In this document: one piece after another, positions 15,378 to 23,660 of the stretch
Position numbering within the stretch: the first letter of the stretch is position 1
Layout: each line of letters opens with the position of its first letter
Origin: Ferroglobus placidus DSM 10642
GTDB lineage: Archaea; Halobacteriota; Archaeoglobi; Archaeoglobales; Archaeoglobaceae
Direction of reading: 5' to 3'
DNA: 32,000 nucleotides
Assembly: GCF_000025505.1 (NCBI RefSeq)
Contig: NC_013849.1
Coordinates: 1,890,001 to 1,922,000, forward strand
Notes under the pieces: model-generated
The model's input: the letters and a program-made list of their open reading frames with translations, nothing else
Databases searched by the model: none
What the model was told of the DNA's origin: nothing
Program-made: the position numbers and the translations under genes

Positions 15378-15734
15378 ATGGTGTCTGAAGAGATTAGGAC
15401 GAAAGCTTTGGAGCTTGCAAGGGCTATAGTTGGAAGTGAGGAGTACCAGAATTTTATCGAGAAGGAGGAAGTTTTGAAGAACGATGAAGAAGCTCAGAAC
15501 TTGCTTGTAGAGTTTCAGGATCTTCAGCAGCAGTTCATCTCTTACCAGCTCTCTGGAGAGATGAACGAGGACGTGTTGAACAGGCTAACAGAGATTCAGA
15601 AGGCTTTAAATGAGAGGGAAAGCGTAAAGAACTTCATGGAAGCTTACAACAGGTTGCTCGATCTTCTCCAGGAGGTTAGCGACATCCTAAGCGAAGAAAT
15701 GGAGTTCGATCTGGGAGAAGTGTATAGAAGGTAG
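15378..15734 (+). CDS. YlbF/YmcA-like (UPF0342) family protein
   Basis: The pattern KALELARAIVGSEEYQNFIEKEEVLKNDEEAQNLLVEFQ...VKNFMEAYNRLLDLLQEVSDIL fits the YlbF family. The ATG at 15378 has an SD; the track ORF starts at an upstream TTG (15339) that would overlap the promoter. Confidence 0.6.
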   Translation: MVSEEIRTKALELARAIVGSEEYQNFIEKEEVLKNDEEAQNLLVEFQDLQQQFISYQLSGEMNEDVLNRLTEIQKALNERESVKNFMEAYNRLLDLLQEVSDILSEEMEFDLGEVYRR

Positions 15735-17036
15735 TCACTGTACCTTCTCCCACTTGTAAAGCTCGACTATTTCAGCAAGAGTTCTTCCTTTTTCTTCTAT
15801 TTCACCTCTAATTCTGTCCTCGTGTTTTTTGACTTCTAAGGCTCTTCTCGCTATTTCGTATGCTCTCTCCTTGGGAATAACCATAACTCCGTTATCGTCG
15901 GCAATAATCCAATCCCCTGGATTTACTTCAACACCTCCGCATACTATTTTCACGTTTATCTCCCCGAAACCTTTAGGTTCTCCAGCGTTAGGAACTTCTC
16001 TTGCGGCAAAAACCGGAAAGCCTAATGCTCTTATGTCGTCCACGTCTCTGACGGCTCCGTCAATTATGACTCCAGCTATCTTCTTGTTTATGCAGCTCCT
16101 CGTAGCCAACTCACCCCAAACAGCCGCTTCGTAACCGGAGACTTTAATGACTATGACATCTCCTTCCCCAGCAACGTCTATAGCTTCGACAGGCTTAGCC
16201 CAGTCTCCGTCCATGGTGCTCACGGTTACCGCTTTTCCAACTACCTTCTTTCCCCTCACGAGCGGATATATTCCTTTCATCGCCTTAGCTCTGTGCATGG
16301 CATCGCTCACGTTCGGCGTGGAAACTTTCATTAAAATCTCCCTGATTTCGTCCTCAAGCTTCTTCCTCCTTATCTCAAACTTCTTCCCTTCTTTCCAAGC
16401 TCTGTCTATGGCTTCCCTAACCCTTCTCGCAGATTCGATTACGTTCCTCGACTTCACGATGTTACTCCCGACTATCACTATTTTCGCCCCTAACGCAACG
16501 CAGTTGGCTGCTTTTTCGGCATCCAAGCCGCCGGCAGCGGCAACTGGAATTGAAACACTTTCGACAACTCTGCCGAGAACTTCGAGCGGGTCCATTCCTT
16601 TCATCTGCTGATCTATTCCGACGTGAACGTTTATGTAGTTCACTCCGAGCTCTTCAAGCTCCTTCGCTCTTTTTACCGGATCCGGAACGTTAATCAAATC
16701 AGCCATTATCTCCGCTCCGTATTTTTTAGCAGCCCTTATCGCTTCCGCAACTGTGGAGTCGTCGCTTAAACCGAGGATAATCACGATGTCTGCTCCGCTC
16801 TTTGCAGCCATCTCAACTTCTACCGCTCCGGTGTCGATGGTTTTCATGTCCGCAACGATCTTTCTATCCTTGAAGTTCCTTTTAAGCTCCCTAATCGCGT
16901 TCATCCCCTCGCTTTTAATCAGAGGAGTCCCCACTTCCAGCCAGTCCACTCCACCCTCTATCGCTTCCGAAGCTATTTCGACAGCTCTTTTCAACTCCAG
17001 CAAATCGAGAGCGACCTGAAGTATTGGCTTCTCCAT
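15735..17036 (-). CDS. bifunctional 3-hexulose-6-phosphate synthase / RraA-like protein
   Basis: The N-terminal half (ILQVALDLL...[10 protein letters not shown]...ADMKTIDTG...GLD) is OMP-decarboxylase-fold HPS. The C-terminal half ([38 protein letters not shown]) is RraA/aldolase-like. The ATG at 17036 ([11 protein letters not shown]) is preferred over the GTG at 17066. Confidence 0.85.
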   Translation of the reverse strand: MEKPILQVALDLLELKRAVEIASEAIEGGVDWLEVGTPLIKSEGMNAIRELKRNFKDRKIVADMKTIDTGAVEVEMAAKSGADIVIILGLSDDSTVAEAIRAAKKYGAEIMADLINVPDPVKRAKELEELGVNYINVHVGIDQQMKGMDPLEVLGRVVESVSIPVAAAGGLDAEKAANCVALGAKIVIVGSNIVKSRNVIESARRVREAIDRAWKEGKKFEIRRKKLEDEIREILMKVSTPNVSDAMHRAKAMKGIYPLVRGKKVVGKAVTVSTMDGDWAKPVEAIDVAGEGDVIVIKVSGYEAAVWGELATRSCINKKIAGVIIDGAVRDVDDIRALGFPVFAAREVPNAGEPKGFGEINVKIVCGGVEVNPGDWIIADDNGVMVIPKERAYEIARRALEVKKHEDRIRGEIEEKGRTLAEIVELYKWEKVQ

Positions 17037-17109
17037 ATTTCGACTATCTTCAGGAGGATATAACACTTTTTAGGTCAACTTTTTTAACAGAAGGGGATTC
17101 TTTGAGTGC

Positions 17110-17502
17110 ATGGAAAGCGTCGTCTATCACGGTCCTATAATGCTCGATGAGCCGGAGGAATTTCCTCTTGAGGAGTTCGTTAGGCAGGCAATAGCTCTCG
17201 AAGCTGAAAGAGTCTTCTACAGTGAAGGAATGTTATTTCTCGTCGACTACGATACTATTCACGGAATTGTCGAGGATAGAATCGTCATAGTCGAAATGAT
17301 CACTTACTCATCCTTCGCGAGAGTGGATGAATATAAGAGGTGGATTCTCTACCACGGAAACGACGATGTCGTCGAGTACACGGATAAAATAGTTAACCTA
17401 AGGGGAGACACCACGATTTTGCCAGTGATAAGGACTGGAGACAGATTCGTTAGGAAAATTTTGGAGTACATTAAAAGAGGAAACTACAGAAAATTCATAT
17501 GA
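17110..17502 (+). CDS. hypothetical protein
   Basis: 130-aa ORF with an ATG start and ordinary composition. No motif recognised. It converges on sixA with an 8-nt overlap. Confidence 0.5.
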   Translation: MESVVYHGPIMLDEPEEFPLEEFVRQAIALEAERVFYSEGMLFLVDYDTIHGIVEDRIVIVEMITYSSFARVDEYKRWILYHGNDDVVEYTDKIVNLRGDTTILPVIRTGDRFVRKILEYIKRGNYRKFI

Positions 17503-17935
17503 TGTCCGGAGTTACGTACCACAAAATTTTGTAAGTCTCTTCTTCCCTTTCGAGGCACAGAACTCCTGAATATCTAAATTTGACCGCTTCACACCCCACA
17601 AGCTCTTTAAGAAGCTTGCTCAAATGCGGAAGATGCCCGAGGATCATAACATCTCTCGTCTCCTCTCTTATTCTTTCAGCCCAGATTTTCGGATCTGCTG
17701 AAGGCTCCAAGTTATCTTTCTCTTCAACTTTCGCAGCAAGATGTTCTGAAAAGATTTGAGCTGTTTGCTTAGCCCTCGTTTTGGTGCTGTGGAAGATTAC
17801 GTCAACTTTGACACCAGCTTTTTTCAAAAACTCCGCAACCTTTTCGGTTTCAGCTTTTCCTTTCTCCGTTATTCTCCTTTCCGGGTCTTCCTCCTCGCTT
17901 TTCGCTTCAGCGTGCTGAACTAAATAAACCCTCAT
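17495..17935 (-). CDS. sixA: phosphohistidine phosphatase SixA-like (histidine phosphatase superfamily)
   Basis: 146 aa. MRVYLVQHAEA...ERRITEKG...HSTKTRAKQTA...ILGHLPHL matches the short SixA branch (the R-H-x catalytic start is replaced by Q-H-A; downstream R/H residues are conserved). Confidence 0.7.
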   Translation of the reverse strand: MRVYLVQHAEAKSEEEDPERRITEKGKAETEKVAEFLKKAGVKVDVIFHSTKTRAKQTAQIFSEHLAAKVEEKDNLEPSADPKIWAERIREETRDVMILGHLPHLSKLLKELVGCEAVKFRYSGVLCLEREEETYKILWYVTPDII

Positions 17936-18134
17936 GCATAATTGTTGAGTAACTCGGCTAATAAATTCTATACTTTCGTTTCGCAGTTAAGCAAACTCAA
18001 ATATTTCCAAAAACATTTTTTATCTCTTCCCACAAAGCGTATTTTCTCGGATAATTGTGCTTCAATTCATCCATTAGCTCTTTCCACACATTCTCATTTA
18101 AATTTTTAAATTTTTCAAAATGTCCACAGCTATT

Positions 18135-18467
18135 CTATAGTTCCTCTCTCCCACCTTTTTCAATCAATTCCCTAACAAATTTAACAGCGTATGGCAAGAG
18201 TTCTTGATTTTTTGCTGTTTTTAGAATCTCAACCTTGCCTTCGTAATCCAACTCACAGACCTTCTTCATAATTTCAACGTCGTCATAGAAAGCTAAATCT
18301 TCGCCTATCAAATTTCTGGATTCGACGATTCTTTTCAATCTTGCCACATCCTCTTTATTCAAGCCTTTTTCTGCAAGCAGATCGACAATCGTTTCTATCA
18401 GAAGTTCGTGAAAATGGTAATCGTGATGCTCGTTGTAAAATTCATCTTCTTCGAGACCTTCAAGCAA
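18135..18467 (-). CDS. hypothetical protein; probably the C-terminal fragment of a disrupted SWIM-domain gene
   Basis: 110-aa ORF with only a TTG start. Its frame joins the upstream SWIM ORF if one base is added or removed in the homopolymer run at 18475-18479. Its TAG stop is followed by 45 more in-frame sense codons. Confidence 0.45.
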   Translation of the reverse strand: MLEGLEEDEFYNEHHDYHFHELLIETIVDLLAEKGLNKEDVARLKRIVESRNLIGEDLAFYDDVEIMKKVCELDYEGKVEILKTAKNQELLPYAVKFVRELIEKGGREEL

Positions 18468-18472
18468 CTTTA

Positions 18473-18733
18473 TTAAAAATCCTTGTCGATTTCCTTCCCT
18501 CTAAGTCTGAGAAGTCTAACTACCTCCAAAACATCGCTTTCGCTTGGAAATTTTAAAATTTTCATTATAACGCTTTCCACGTCACTTGCGGCAGCTATTG
18601 GATAAGCTTTAGCAAGTTCCGTATTGTTTTTCACGAATTTACCGTTTAGATAGCTCAGTACGAGTGCAATAGCATGTTTGCAGTTGTATCTATCTTGACA
18701 GGAGCAGATAGCGCTGAGATCTCTTAAATCCAC
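18473..18733 (-). CDS. SWIM zinc-finger domain protein fragment
   Basis: CSCQDRYNCKHAIALVL is the C-x-C-x(n)-C-x-H SWIM signature. It has only a GTG start. The expected upstream strand (GEVRGNRRYYVEV) is in frame but is cut off by a TGA at 18788-18790. Confidence 0.5.
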   Translation of the reverse strand: MDLRDLSAICSCQDRYNCKHAIALVLSYLNGKFVKNNTELAKAYPIAAASDVESVIMKILKFPSESDVLEVVRLLRLRGKEIDKDF

Positions 18734-18927
18734 TTCAACGTAGTATCTCCTATTCCCCCTAACCTCTCCAAGTAACTTCTTACCTCTTCACAGCATAGAT
18801 TACTTTACCTTTTATAGTAGTATTTTTCACCCCTTTCAACTCTCTTTTTATCGTACAATCTTAGAAGTTCGAAAACCACAGTAAGTAGTTTTTCAACGCT
18901 CTTTTAAACTTTTATCTCCCTACATAC

Positions 18928-19225
18928 TTTCAGTGGGATGCGATTGAGGAAGAAGCGGACGGTAATTCTAAGAGATGGCGGAGATAGCGTTATATAGAGG
19001 GAGCCGAGGGAATCTACGGATACAAAAAAAGGAGAAACAATCGGAAAGAGTCTGGATTTGATTATTCCTGAAGAAATGAGGGAAAACACTGGGAAGGATA
19101 CAGAGGATTCATTAAAACTGGAAAAGGTGTTTAAAAAAGAGGAAACAAGGTATATGTTGAAATGAGTTTAGGAGTTCTTAAAAGGGAGAACAGAACAATT
19201 GGTGCCATAGCAATTTGTCAAAAGA
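18928..19225 (+). pseudogene. PAS-domain gene remnant with several frameshifts and in-frame stops
   Basis: PAS-like strings are spread over frames 1 and 2: FQWDAIEEEADG | VILRDGGDSVI | EGAEGIYGYKK | ETIGKSLDLIIPEEMRE | KHWEGYRGFIKTGKGV* | KRGNKVYVEMSLGVLKRENRTIGAIAI. Frame switches coincide with the A-runs at 19024-19030 and 19083-19086. Boundaries are approximate. Confidence 0.5.
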
Positions 19226-19676
19226 GAATAGGTCCGACATCCTCATACCCCTGCCTCTGTCCAGTTCCAGCCAGTTTTTGGAGCTTTTTAGGATTTAGAA
19301 GCAAGTCTACAGCATTCCTAACGTGCTCCCTAACTCTATTTTCAGCTATTCTGTATAGCTCTTTCTCATCTTCAGCCTCGTCTTCGTGAATCGTCACGTC
19401 TATAACGTGCTTTCCGGTAAGAACTTCCACCAAAATCTTCCCGACGGACATCGCCACGTAGCTAAGCTTGTCGGTATCAGTTTTCCCTACCCAGCCGAGG
19501 GTGATGACTATGTCGCATCCTTTGTCGAAGAGAATTTTAGCAGCCGCCGGCAAATCCTTTATTCCCGGAACCGTGTATCGAATGTATTTGAGGGGAGAAT
19601 ACTTCCTAAGCTCGTCTATAGCTATTTTTCCCATGTCGATTCTCGAAAAAGTCGTGTCGGCAATCCCCACTATCAT
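19218..19676 (-). CDS. ribC: riboflavin synthase, archaeal type
   Basis: 152 aa. MIVGIADTTFSRIDMG...VPGIKDLP...ITLGWVG is the archaeal lumazine-synthase-fold riboflavin synthase pattern. Confidence 0.85.
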   Translation of the reverse strand: MIVGIADTTFSRIDMGKIAIDELRKYSPLKYIRYTVPGIKDLPAAAKILFDKGCDIVITLGWVGKTDTDKLSYVAMSVGKILVEVLTGKHVIDVTIHEDEAEDEKELYRIAENRVREHVRNAVDLLLNPKKLQKLAGTGQRQGYEDVGPILF

Positions 19677-20803
19677 CCGAGCACCTCGTAAACTTTGTTT
19701 AAAGCGGGTTTAATTTCCACTCCCTTCCGAAGCATGACGCTTTCGATGGCTGCGAGGGTGGCTACTATTTCTCTTTTGCTAACGTTTCCCATGTTCCCGA
19801 TTCTGAAAATCTTACCTTTCAAATGTTCCTGCCCTCCGGAAATCGTTATGCCGAACTCATTTCTTAGCGTTCCTCTAAGCTCGGAATCCGTTATCCCTTT
19901 CGGCATTTTTATCGCTGTGACTGTGTTGGAGTAGCTTGAATACTCGTTGAGTCGTGGAAAAAGCTCTAAGCCAGCTTCGATCGCCCACTCCCTCACAGCT
20001 TTAGCAAGTCTTCTGTGCCTCTCGATTCTGTTTTCCAAGCCCTCTTCCTCTATTATTTTCAGAGCTTCTTTTAAAGCCAAGAAGAGAGGAACTGCCGGAG
20101 TGTAAGGTGTTTGGTTTTTCTCGGCTTTTTTAACGTAAGCCTTCAAATCTAAGTAGTAGGGAACTCTTTCGTTGTAAAACTCCCAGGCTTTTTCGTTTAT
20201 AGCGACGGCTGCCAAACCCGGAGGAGCACCGAGGCACTTTTGAGATCCTACTATGCAGACGTCAACTCCCCACTCGTCCATCCTAACTTCGTCTCCTCCT
20301 ACGCTCGTAATTCCGTCCATGACGACGAGAGCGTCGTATTCTTTAGCTATCTTGCATATCTCTCTTGCAGGGTTGAGAATTCCGGTTGAAGTTTCGTTGT
20401 GAACGAACGTAACCATCTCGCTCCCGTTCTCCAGAGACTCTCTAACCTTATCGAGGTCTATCGAATCTCCCCATTCGAATTTAACGTGATCAACTTCAGC
20501 GTACCTCCAAGCTATTTCAGCAAACCTCTCTCCAAATTTACCGTTACTCACGCAAGTTATCTTCCTAACCTTAGAAAAGCTCGCAACAGCAGCCTCCATC
20601 CCCGCTGTACCGCTACCGCTGATTATCACGACGTCACCTTTCGTGCCGAAAAGGGGTTTCAAAGCCTCTCTGCAGTACTCGTAAACTTCTTCGAAATCCT
20701 TGCTTCTGTGCGAGATCATCTGACTGCCGAGAGCTTTGATTATTCTCTCGTGTAGCTGAACAGGACCGGGGATCATCAGAAGGTTTTCGGGTTTCATAAG
20801 CAA
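19673..20803 (-). CDS. class V pyridoxal-phosphate aminotransferase (serine-glyoxylate / aspartate / phosphoserine type)
   Basis: 376 aa. LMIPGPV start, SGSGTAGMEA, and VGSQKCLGAPPGLA with the PLP lysine in SQK. A 4-nt overlap links it to ribC downstream. Confidence 0.85.
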   Translation of the reverse strand: MLMKPENLLMIPGPVQLHERIIKALGSQMISHRSKDFEEVYEYCREALKPLFGTKGDVVIISGSGTAGMEAAVASFSKVRKITCVSNGKFGERFAEIAWRYAEVDHVKFEWGDSIDLDKVRESLENGSEMVTFVHNETSTGILNPAREICKIAKEYDALVVMDGITSVGGDEVRMDEWGVDVCIVGSQKCLGAPPGLAAVAINEKAWEFYNERVPYYLDLKAYVKKAEKNQTPYTPAVPLFLALKEALKIIEEEGLENRIERHRRLAKAVREWAIEAGLELFPRLNEYSSYSNTVTAIKMPKGITDSELRGTLRNEFGITISGGQEHLKGKIFRIGNMGNVSKREIVATLAAIESVMLRKGVEIKPALNKVYEVLG

Positions 20804-20923
20804 ATGCCTCGTGAGTTGTTTATAACTATTGCCTCAGAAACGGGTGGACTCATCACCACTCAGTTCGCCCTCGTGTCTTCATCGGCACTAAAAATTAAAA
20901 TTCGAAGCTCTTAAAACTTTTCT

Positions 20924-21640
20924 TTAGTGAACGAAAACTATCCCGAATGTTTTAGCACATGGAAACTCCTCCGGCGGTATTGGGCGTGCTCTTACCGGGT
21001 AAACTTCCCAGCCGAGTTTTAAAGCGAGATGCATAACGTCTATCCCAACAGCCTCCATAGCCGGGCGAGCTTTCAAAACGAACCTGCAACGCTTCCCCCT
21101 AAGCACGTTACACTCCTGCATCATGCACAAAGCATGCTGGCATGAGCCGCCGGCGAAGCCCATCGCGAAATAGTATCCGTCGCTGAAGGCTTGAGCTTCG
21201 AGCAAGCCGACGATTTCCATGTTTTTTCTGTAGTGCCTCGCTATGTCTATATCCTCTTTGGGATCGACAAACTCCTCCTTCGGCTCAACGTTCCTTTTAA
21301 TCACTATGGCGTATCTGTACATCGGTATGATTTTCTTCATCTCCTCAACCGTCGGCGAGTGGGGAGGACAGTTTGCGCAGTTGTTGTAGTGGTGGCACAT
21401 CGAAATTCTGCACTTCAACCTCAACCTTTCATCAACTCTAACCATGGTAGCCGGAATTATCTTCGCATCCTCGCACCCGAGCTTTAAAGCAAAATCAACA
21501 TATCTGTTCAAATCCTCTAAAAGTTCCTCTTCGCTAACATCTACTTTAGGTAACTTTGGTTTCTGAAACATCCCTATAGATCTGAGAAATTCCGGGGAAA
21601 ACCTCGGGAAGAAGTCTTTTTTATTTTTGCTCTGCTGCAT
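20924..21640 (-). CDS. DUF2284 predicted metal-binding protein
   Basis: 238 aa. The cysteine pattern CRISMCHHYNNCANCPP...GGSCQHALC...ECNVLRGKRCRF matches my recollection of DUF2284. Confidence 0.65.
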   Translation of the reverse strand: MQQSKNKKDFFPRFSPEFLRSIGMFQKPKLPKVDVSEEELLEDLNRYVDFALKLGCEDAKIIPATMVRVDERLRLKCRISMCHHYNNCANCPPHSPTVEEMKKIIPMYRYAIVIKRNVEPKEEFVDPKEDIDIARHYRKNMEIVGLLEAQAFSDGYYFAMGFAGGSCQHALCMMQECNVLRGKRCRFVLKARPAMEAVGIDVMHLALKLGWEVYPVRARPIPPEEFPCAKTFGIVFVH

Positions 21641-21687
21641 ACCTCAATTTTGCTAAAATAATTGTTAAGGTTTTTGGTGCTTCGTAA

Positions 21688-22009
21688 ATTGTTGGACACT
21701 CCCCGAAGGAAGAAGGAGTTTTGAAGCTTGCATTTTTCTCCAGAGAGGTTCTGAAGTACTGTGAAAAATAAACCAGAAGTAGTTGTAGATAGAGATTTCT
21801 GGTATCTCTAGGCTTTGAAAAGGCTTGGTTTGAAGTGTCAACATGAAACGATTGGGAAGATAAATAGCATTGAAAGCCTGTTTTCCCAGCTTAAAGACAG
21901 GACGAAGAGGTTTAACAACAGGTTTCCTTACAGGAGTTCTTTTGAGTCGGTTCAGAGCTGGTTGGAGAGTTTTGCTGCTTTCTATAATTATTGGAGGTGG
22001 TTATCTTGA
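21688..22009 (+). mobile_element. 5'-truncated, frameshifted DDE transposase remnant (IS6-like by eye; family uncertain)
   Basis: Frame 1 reads ...KEEGVLKLAFFSREVLKYCEK*. Frame 2 continues KPEVVVDRDFWYL*ALKRLGLKCQHETIGKINSIESLFSQLKDRTKRFNNRF...FAAFYNYWR. This is the ..vvtD....Y..al..lg......N..iE..f..lK.R.k.f C-terminal region of DDE transposases. No N-terminal part and no terminal inverted repeats were seen. Confidence 0.55.
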
Positions 22010-22048
22010 CAGTTCCCACAAATGCGTTTTTAACATTCGCTTTTCTCG

Positions 22049-22062
22049 AAAAAAATAAAAAA
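22049..22062 (-). terminator. oligo-T tract after the lipoprotein gene
   Basis: The minus strand reads ATTTTTTATTTTTTT immediately after the TAA stop at 22065-22067. Archaeal termination is typically at oligo-T. Confidence 0.45.
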
Positions 22063-22064
22063 TG

Positions 22065-22298
22065 TTAAATTTCTTCAAAAGTTATGTTTTCCAGATTTGC
22101 AAGCTCTTTTTCGAGTGATGCTATTTCGTTCAAAGTCCCTTCAACATCGCTCACGTTTATTTCCACTTCCGTAACCTTCTCTTCAGTGGGAGTTGGTTTC
22201 GGAGTTGGAGCTGCTTTCTCTTCACTTTTCTCGGCGCATCCGGCAGTTAACACTACGAACGCCGCTAAAATAAGTAGAATTAAAGCTTTCCTCATCAC
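22065..22298 (-). CDS. small secreted lipoprotein
   Basis: 77 aa. Signal peptide MMRKALILLILAAFVVLTAGC with a lipobox-like LTAGC, then a P/T/E/K linker. The ATG overlaps the upstream stop (ATGA). Confidence 0.6.
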   Translation of the reverse strand: MMRKALILLILAAFVVLTAGCAEKSEEKAAPTPKPTPTEEKVTEVEINVSDVEGTLNEIASLEKELANLENITFEEI

Positions 22299-23266
22299 TC
22301 CTCCCCTCCTCTAACAGTCTTTATGTACTCTCTGAAAGTCTCCTTAAGCTCTTTAATAGCTTCTTTGATCTCCTTCATCGCCTCTCTCAGCGTTTCCTTG
22401 CTCTCCTGCATTTTTTCTATAGCCTCCTTCCTCTCCTCAGCGAATATTGCTTCTTCGAGGTACTGCTTTGCCATCTGCACTTTTTCTTCAGCTCTGTTTA
22501 GAGCTTCCAGATACTCCTCATACGCCTCTTCAAGCTTTGTTGTGTCGTAACCAGACTCGTTCAGCTTTTCAATCTTAGCTCTTATTACCTCAGCCTTCTC
22601 TTTAGCCTTCTCTATAGCGTTCGACATCTTCTCCGCTGCGATAGCCCAGGCGATTAGGTACGTGGAAGTCTTAACTTTTCTCCAATCCTCTCTGAACTCC
22701 TTCATTTTTTCTCTTAATTCTGTCAAGTTCGTCGTTTTATTAATCTCCTCTTTCCAAGCTTCGAGCAGAGCTTTTTCCTCTTCTATCTTCGTGAGGAGAG
22801 CCTCGGTGAGATTTGCGGAAAGGTTAAGCTCCTGCACTCTGATTTCCAACCTCTCCAAATGAGCGATCGCCACGTCAATTCCGTTCGTTACGTGGAGCTT
22901 GGCCATCTCCAAAGCCAATGTTTCGTTGATCATTCCTTTTCTCTTCAATTCCCTCAATTTTTCCCTGTATTCGTGATACTTCTTGTAGGCGTTTTCCTCC
23001 TTCTCTCTAAGCTCCTTCATTCTCTCTTTCCACTCTTTCATCTTCTCTTTTCTCTCTTCCATCATCTCCTTGATTCTCTCTCTCATTTCCTCTCTAACTT
23101 CTTTTCTGTGCTCTTTCATGTACTTCATTTCATCGCTATCGTTCATTCCCATACCCATATGTTCTGGAGAACCCATGTGTCTCTCTTCCTCTTCATATGC
23201 CACCGCTGCTGCTGGCATCAGCAACAGCAACACCAAAGCCAGACTCAACCACCTCATAGCCATCAC
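22295..23266 (-). CDS. secreted K/E-rich coiled-coil protein with an N-terminal His/Met-rich segment
   Basis: 323 aa. Signal peptide MMAMRWLSLALVLLLLMPAAAVA, then EEEERHMGSPEHMGMGMNDSDEMKYMKEH, then long heptad-like E/K/R/M repeats. Confidence 0.6.
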   Translation of the reverse strand: MMAMRWLSLALVLLLLMPAAAVAYEEEERHMGSPEHMGMGMNDSDEMKYMKEHRKEVREEMRERIKEMMEERKEKMKEWKERMKELREKEENAYKKYHEYREKLRELKRKGMINETLALEMAKLHVTNGIDVAIAHLERLEIRVQELNLSANLTEALLTKIEEEKALLEAWKEEINKTTNLTELREKMKEFREDWRKVKTSTYLIAWAIAAEKMSNAIEKAKEKAEVIRAKIEKLNESGYDTTKLEEAYEEYLEALNRAEEKVQMAKQYLEEAIFAEERKEAIEKMQESKETLREAMKEIKEAIKELKETFREYIKTVRGGEE

Positions 23267-23404
23267 CGATTGAAAGGTCGACTTTGAATTTTATAACGAT
23301 ACTTTTAACTTAATTGCTCTAAATTGTTCCTAACACTTTATTTTACTTTACGAAGCTTTATAAATGTTTTTAACTCTTTACCCTAATTTCTCAACTGAGT
23401 TTGC

Positions 23405-23434
23405 AAAGAAAAAAGAATTCTTAGAAATTCTTTA
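23405..23434 (-). terminator. hairpin plus oligo-T after the tusA-like gene (end of operon B)
   Basis: The minus strand after the TAA (23439-23441) reads AAAGAAT-ttctaaga-ATTCTTT followed by TTTCTTT. The plus strand contains the 10-bp palindrome AAGAATTCTT (23413-23422). Confidence 0.4.
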
Positions 23435-23438
23435 CAAC

Positions 23439-23660
23439 TTACCTCTTCCTAATTACTATTCTCCATTCCTTATCGCCTATCTTTTCGACGCTCAAAACTT
23501 CGTGTCCTTCGGCTTCAACGCTTCTCGGCACGTCCCTCACAGCCGGCTCGTGGTCGAGAATTACCTCCAACAGCTCCCCCGGTTTGAGCTCTTCGAGCTT
23601 TACCTTCGTCTTTACGAAAGTGAAGGGGCAGACTTCTCCTCTCAAATCGAGCGTGATCAT
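23439..23660 (-). CDS. TusA/SirA-like sulfur carrier protein (copy 1)
   Basis: 73 aa. LDLRGEVCPFTFVKTKVKLEEL carries the conserved Cys-Pro of TusA. A 4-nt overlap links it to the upstream E1-like gene. Confidence 0.8.
   Translation of the reverse strand: MITLDLRGEVCPFTFVKTKVKLEELKPGELLEVILDHEPAVRDVPRSVEAEGHEVLSVEKIGDKEWRIVIRKR

Noticed and set aside
18135-18137. In-frame TAG followed by 45 open codons, considered as a possible pyrrolysine or programmed read-through site.
   Set aside because: No pyl genes or PYLIS-like context are visible in the window, and neighbouring parts of the same gene carry frameshifts. Pseudogenisation is the simpler explanation.
22295-23266. Highly repetitive-looking GA/GAA-rich DNA, which could suggest tandem repeats or an array.
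   Set aside because: No unit-length periodic DNA repeat or spacer structure is present. The repetitiveness is at the level of E/K/R codon usage in a coiled-coil protein.
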